Position numbers and translations under genes: made by a program
NCBI GenBank assembly: GCA_950097015.1
Contig: CATNEN010000041.1
Coordinates: 1-64,000 of the forward strand
Length of the DNA stretch: 64,000 bases
Source of the DNA: Macrostomum hystrix
Taxonomy: Eukaryota > Animalia > Platyhelminthes
Direction of reading: 5' to 3'
Shown here: one piece after another, positions 58,541 to 64,000 of the stretch
How positions within the stretch are numbered: the stretch's first letter is position 1
Layout: each line of letters starts with the position of its first letter
Notes under the pieces: model-generated
What the model saw: the letters and a program-made list of their open reading frames with translations, nothing else
What the model was told of the DNA's origin: nothing
Database searches by the model: none

Positions 58541-59498
58541 CCCGTTTCACTTTGTGTTTCACTTGCATGCTCCAGGAATTTGTTCTCTGCACGGAGCCTG
58601 GACTGCAGGGCTGTTCAATTTGTCGGTTAATTTGAGTTCAGCCAGCTGGCAAGTCTGCTCTGAAAGGCTTCCATGGACCATCTCTGCTCACAATCTGCCG
58701 GCGCACTTTAAGTAAAGCTGCAGGAAGATTCGGTAAACCTAGTTTTCAGCGCCCTGATTTGATGTCGGACTCCTGTTTAGCACCGAGCACAGAGATTTCC
58801 ACGCAAGCAAACTGCACTCTGGCTAGGCATGGCTGGGAGAAAATTGTTAGTGATGGATGGCCATTAGCGTCCTACTTGCTGAGGCATCGAGCTGCCGCGT
58901 ATCTGAGGGCTGGCTGTCGGGATGCAAACTGTGCGCATTGTGCCGGCCTGGCTTTTCGTGGAAATGTCTCGAGGCGCGGATCCTCGTCACTCACATCTCC
59001 GCCTACTTCCCCTCCCTCTTCCAACCCTCTCCATCCTTGCCCACGCAGCACTCGTCGCACGGTGCCTTGATGCCGTCGGCGATCTAATAACCGAAAAAGC
59101 ACCCACCCCCCAGATAAGTCCGCTGCATAGCAACCCGGGATCAGGATCGGCTGCGTCATTTTATCCGTCTGCACCATTTCACCTAGCCCATCAGTTCTCA
59201 GATGCTCGCCAGTGTAAATAAATGCCTTGCCATGTTTGCCTTGCCATGTTTTAGCTTCAAGTCTAGATCGACATTATTAAATTTATTAATGTCCATTGCT
59301 GTACAACAAGTACTGCTGTCTCAGGGACTGAAATATTAAGCCTATTACCGTGCATTTTAGACAATTGTCATAATCCAACTAGTTAAAACGTTAGGTCGTA
59401 TATAAACCTAACCGATTGCATGCATTTCTCTCGTTTAAACAAATTCTGAGGTATGCACAGTCGTGCCAATGGCACAGTCGAGTCCTGCTCGATCTCGC

Positions 59499-59645
59499 CA
59501 AGGACCACTAGAAGAAGAAGGACGGCAAACTTCGTTCTTGGAAAAATTATAAAAGGCTTATTTTCACGAAAAATGAACTGGCGAGATAGGAAATTTCACG
59601 CTTTTTCAAATTAAAATGTTGATAACTTTTTAATTTTAAGCAGAT
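59499..59645. mobile_element. Older diverged terminal fragment of the CAAGGACCAC family
   Basis: Starts CAAGGACCACTAGAAGAAGAAGGACGG and aligns, with many substitutions, to the first ~150 bp of the adjacent TIR. Confidence 0.7.
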
Positions 59646-59657
59646 CGGAGATGTGCA

Positions 59658-62600
59658 CAAGGACCACTAGAAGAAGAAGGACGGGACACTTCGTTTCTTA
59701 GAAAATTTATTAAAGGCTGATTTTTACGGAAAATACACTAGCGAGATAGGAACTTTTCACTTTTTTCACTTTAAAACGTTGATAACTTTTTATTGGAAGC
59801 AGATACAAAGCTCTTCTTTTGATATAACTTACAAAATATGTTGCTTCGACGATTTTATGAAGATTTTTTCATGAATAATTGATCTTCATATTATTTTAGT
59901 TACTATATCATGCAGCAATCATAGTATGAAGCTAACTAGTGACTAACTTGAATTTTACAATCTCTGTTTAATCGGATGCATCTATTTATTAGCAATATAT
60001 GATTAAAAAATAGTTGGTTATAATTGTATGCCCAATTCACTGCTTCTTTATTTTAGTTTTATCCTGTCAATATAGACCTACTAGCTATGCCTAGACCTAG
60101 TTATATGTTTATCAATAATCAAGACAGTATCTATCTTGTTAAGAATTGACAGTTTTTATACTTAATGAAATGTATGAATCTAAGCAAGTGATTTAATTTT
60201 AAACCAAGCTTGTTCTCTCTTGTTTTTAGACTTTAGCTTGTTTTAGCTATATTGACATTATCTTTACATTAGCTAGTTTTTCAGTATTTATTAAACAATG
60301 ATAGTTATTTGCTCTGATTTTATCAAGATGTTCTTATTTTTTTTTCTTTTAGGCTCTATTTAATGAAAACAATGGCATAATTGGCTAGGGGCCTGAAGGG
60401 TTTTTTCTTTAAATTTGGCTTTTTTTAAATCCCATCACAGAGCCCTCCAATTCCCATTTGTGTGCACCCCTAAATCCCTATTGGCGCCACCCAATAAAAA
60501 AAGCTTAATAACACCCCTGAATTCATGTAATTCTTTTATTAACAAGGATTTATTTACCTTTATTGAAATTGGTAAAGCTTTGTGCCATGCCTCAAACTCA
60601 TTTTTCTGTTTAGAAAAGGAAAAAACTGTGGTCCTTATATCCTTTGTGTCACAATGACTTTTTCATTGTGGTGCATGATTCCAGATGGCATGTGGCCTGG
60701 TCTGCCATTAATGCTGACAGGGCAAAAGTGGCGCATCCAACTGAATCTGGCAGGCGGCACTGTGGATAAGCACAGTAACAAGCTACGCGAGTTCTTTGCT
60801 GCCATAGTCAATGCGCTGCCACCACTGCCCAACATCCTGACACTGCCACCAGAGACTCAGTTGCGGTCAAAGGACAGTTTTAACATTGCACCATTCACCA
60901 TGGCTGAAGTCGTGATGTTTGCCTAGAAGAAGCCAGGCAGCAAAGCGCTGTGTCCAGACAAGGTGTCCATCAAGGTGCTGCATATTCACTGTGTGGCCAG
61001 TGAGGTTGCCTGTGTGATGAACCAAGTGGACCATGACGAAAATCATTGCCATATCAAATAAGCTGCCTGCTGGCCTATGCTGGTGCCCCAGACACTGCCG
61101 GCAATGCAGTGTTTGTTCGCAACCAGGCTCTGAAGCATGTACTGTGACACTGCTTTTTTTACCTGACAGTGTATTTTGTTGTCGTTGTTGTTATTGTGGC
61201 ACACAACATTGCATAGGCATCTTAACAATAAAAGACGATGAAAAATGAAAGGTCAGCACTACTTGAACACATTTTTGCACTAAGTCATAAGTAAAACGTG
61301 TATACTATGAGCTCATATTCAAATATATAAAAAGCTGCAACTACTTCCATTTATTGTTCTCCATTTGACATCTCATGGCACATGCACTATTGAGAACAGA
61401 AACTCATTTCAATACACAATAATCAGAAAAATATAAAAGAAATCTCAAAATCAACTGAAGTAGAATAAATGGATTTAAATTGTACTTTATAACAAATTAT
61501 TCTTCAAATTCAAGGCAATTTTCACAATTGAGACACAAAAATAGTATCTATATGATCTTAAATTATATAGACATGAAGTAATATCTTTCTCTACATAATG
61601 TCTTTGTGTGTCCATGAGGACAGTCAGAAGCTTACTACCTTGCAAGGGGCATCAATCACATGGTGATTAGACTGACTGGATGGGGTTGTCTAGCTGGTGA
61701 CTACAGCACTTGGTTGAAAATGCAGTAAACATGAACAAGGTCCTTAGGCTCCAGGCTAGGCTCTCAAAAAGGTAGCCCAGAAGCTCCACCAGGTTGTTCT
61801 CTGACTGGCTGGGGCTCCACCACAGGTAGGTAGAACTGGGGCAGTGGTGTTGGCACAAAGCAGAAAGGCATGGACTTTCCCTGCAATGGCAAAAAAGGTA
61901 AAAACACATACTAGAGCCACAATAGCAAGAACATTTTACAATTTCTTACTATAGTAAATACAATAAATAATATTACCAAAAATATTTTAACATTACACAC
62001 TAATACATAGCAGAATTAGTCTACCACTGAATGAGAGCCAGATAGCTTACCTGGGCCATATCAACCTTGAAGATCTTAATAGGCATAACAATAATAGCAA
62101 AAGCTCTGAGTACTAGTGTCAGTGCAAGCAAAACTTTATTATAGCTAAAATGTGATAAGGAACAAGTAACACTTCTTGTTTTATCTTTTTTAATTAAATG
62201 TTTCAATGTTGAAAATTTAAAGCTTAAAAACATAGACTGTGGAAGTGCTATTACTTATATTTATTGGCAATAATATTGCCCCAATAGACGAAAAATTCAA
62301 TAGGCCTACTTACAACTTCTGGACTGTTAATTTCAATTGGAAATAAAAGTGATTAATTTAATGAAAATCAACAGCCAAGTCAAGCTAATATTAGGCCTAG
62401 CCATAAAAATACTATACTTGTTAAAAAAAGAAAAGTAAAATTACAGTAGATAGGCAAATAGATGGCTAAAATAGAATATTCGATAAGTTCATGACATAAT
62501 AGCTAGCCATGTGCAAACCCTGAACCCAAAAAAATAATATGAATAGGGAAATAAACAATTTCACTACAAATTTAAAAAACCCTTCAGTTAACAATGCCAT

Positions 62601-63326
62601 TGTTTACATTAAAAAATAGAAAATAAAAATAAGAACATCTTGATAAAATCAGAGCAAATAACTATCATTGTTTAATAAATACTGGAAAAACTAGCTAATG
62701 TAAAGATAATGTCAATATTTACAAGAGAGAACAAGCTTGGTTTAAAATTAAATCACTTGCTTAGATTCATACATTTCATTAAGTATAAAAACTGTCAATT
62801 CTTAACAAGATAGATACTGTCTTGATTATTGATAAACATATAACTAGGTCTAGGCATAGCTAGTAGGTCTATATGTAATATAGGTAGCTATATATTTAAA
62901 TTTATTTTATATTGACAGGATAAAACTAAAATAAAGAAGCAGTGAATTGGGCATACAATTATAACCAACTATTTTTTAATCATATATTGCTAATAAATAG
63001 ATGCATCCGATTAAACAGGGATTGTAAAATTCAAGTTAGTCACTAGTTAGCTTCATACTATGATTGCTGCATGATATAGTAACTAAAATAATATGAAGAT
63101 CAATTATTCATGAAAAAATCTTCATAAAATTCGTCGAAGCAACATATTTTGTAAGTTATATCAAAAGAAGAGCTTTGTATCTGCTTCCAATAAAAAGTTA
63201 TCAACGTTTTAAAGTGAAAAAAGTGAAAAGTTCCTATCTCGCTAGTGTATTTTTCCGTAAAAATCAGCCTTTAATAAATTTTCTAAGAAACGAAGTGTCC
63301 CGTCCTTCTTCTTCTAGTGGTCCTTG
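59658..63326. mobile_element. Non-autonomous foldback-type DNA transposon (3669 bp) with ~700-bp TIRs
   Basis: 59658-~60345 is the reverse complement of ~62615-63326 with few substitutions and two main indels; termini CAAGGACCAC; 8-bp TSD GATGTGCA at 59650-59657 and 63327-63334; no transposase ORF inside. Confidence 0.92.
60690..61140 (+). pseudogene. Decayed non-LTR retrotransposon RT fragment carried inside the TIR element
   Basis: Reading through a stop gives FFAAIVNA...PFTMAEVVMFA*KKPGSKALCPDKVSIKVL...VMNQV, resembling the LINE KxxGPDgi motif just upstream of RT. The match is from memory. Confidence 0.5.
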
Positions 63327-64000
63327 GATGTGCACTGTTCATTTAACATTTTTTGAAATGTTATTAAATTAAATTTTTGAAATAAATTTAATACTAAATT
63401 AGGACAGTCAGTTATTACTATAAAAATAAAAGATACATTTCCATATCTAATATTTAACTGCCCTTGATACTGTACTCTAATTTAATTAAACTTTGTTTAA
63501 GTATGAGTGTGAAACTCCGGGCCGCGCGCGAGTTGATCATATTTACGCGCTTATTTGATTGCCTCGCAATTCAAAGAACTTTTTTAAAAGGCCTGGCCTG
63601 GCCGGCCTTTAATTGTAAAAAGCTTACTCCGAGTAAGTAACTCCTGAATTTTTGGAAAATCTAACTTAACATTCCTCAAACCTACGCGAAAGTTGACCTC
63701 GAATTTATGAGATTTCTTTTCAATTGAGTTTGTATGTGTTAATTAAGTACATTTTTTATTTTATTGAAATTGGAAGCAAAACATTAAATTTTTTAAGTAG
63801 CCATACAACGTTAAGGTGTCTAAACATATGATTTTGGTTCTTAGATTTTTCTATACGACGCTATCAACGTGATTTTTTTTTGTTTTTCATCCCTTATGGG
63901 TCATGAGCATACTATGGTTTTACTAGTTGGTAGTATTTATTTTATTTATAACAACTTTTCTAAATAAAATAACTATTAGAAAACTTCAGCAATTCGGTTG

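Noticed and set aside
61160-61230. MPMQCCVPQ resembling a THAP-domain start inside the foldback element
   Set aside because: Immediately followed by a stop, and the remaining THAP residues are absent; too weak to call.

Overview
Eukaryotic (metazoan) genomic DNA, not prokaryotic: spliced GT-AG genes, SINE, LTR and TIR transposons, and about 24 micro/minisatellite arrays. The overall style resembles a free-living flatworm such as Macrostomum, which is an unverified inference. Recognisable host genes: a rhodopsin-type GPCR with a long ectodomain (split by a 1-nt frameshift), signal peptide peptidase (HM13/SPP), a second class A GPCR, ALDH6A1, a USP1-like deubiquitinase, a neurensin-like protein, a progressively diverging poly-ubiquitin/UBL gene, TXNDC9 and an intronless SID-1/SIDT gene. 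Mobile DNA: an intact 4.3-kb Mag-like Ty3/Gypsy element with identical LTRs and essentially no UTRs; two copies of a tRNA-derived SINE with TSDs, one inserted in a ubiquitin coding unit; a 3.7-kb foldback-type element with ~700-bp TIRs, an 8-bp TSD and cargo; a 46-bp element with the same termini and its own 8-bp TSD; and several MITEs. About seven single-base frameshifts in otherwise intact genes, most of the locatable ones in short base runs, suggest long-read consensus errors. The strongest leads are the CAAGGACCAC transposon family, the poly-UBL gene, the ultra-compact Gypsy, the ectodomain-GPCR junction and a 57-bp-stem hairpin.
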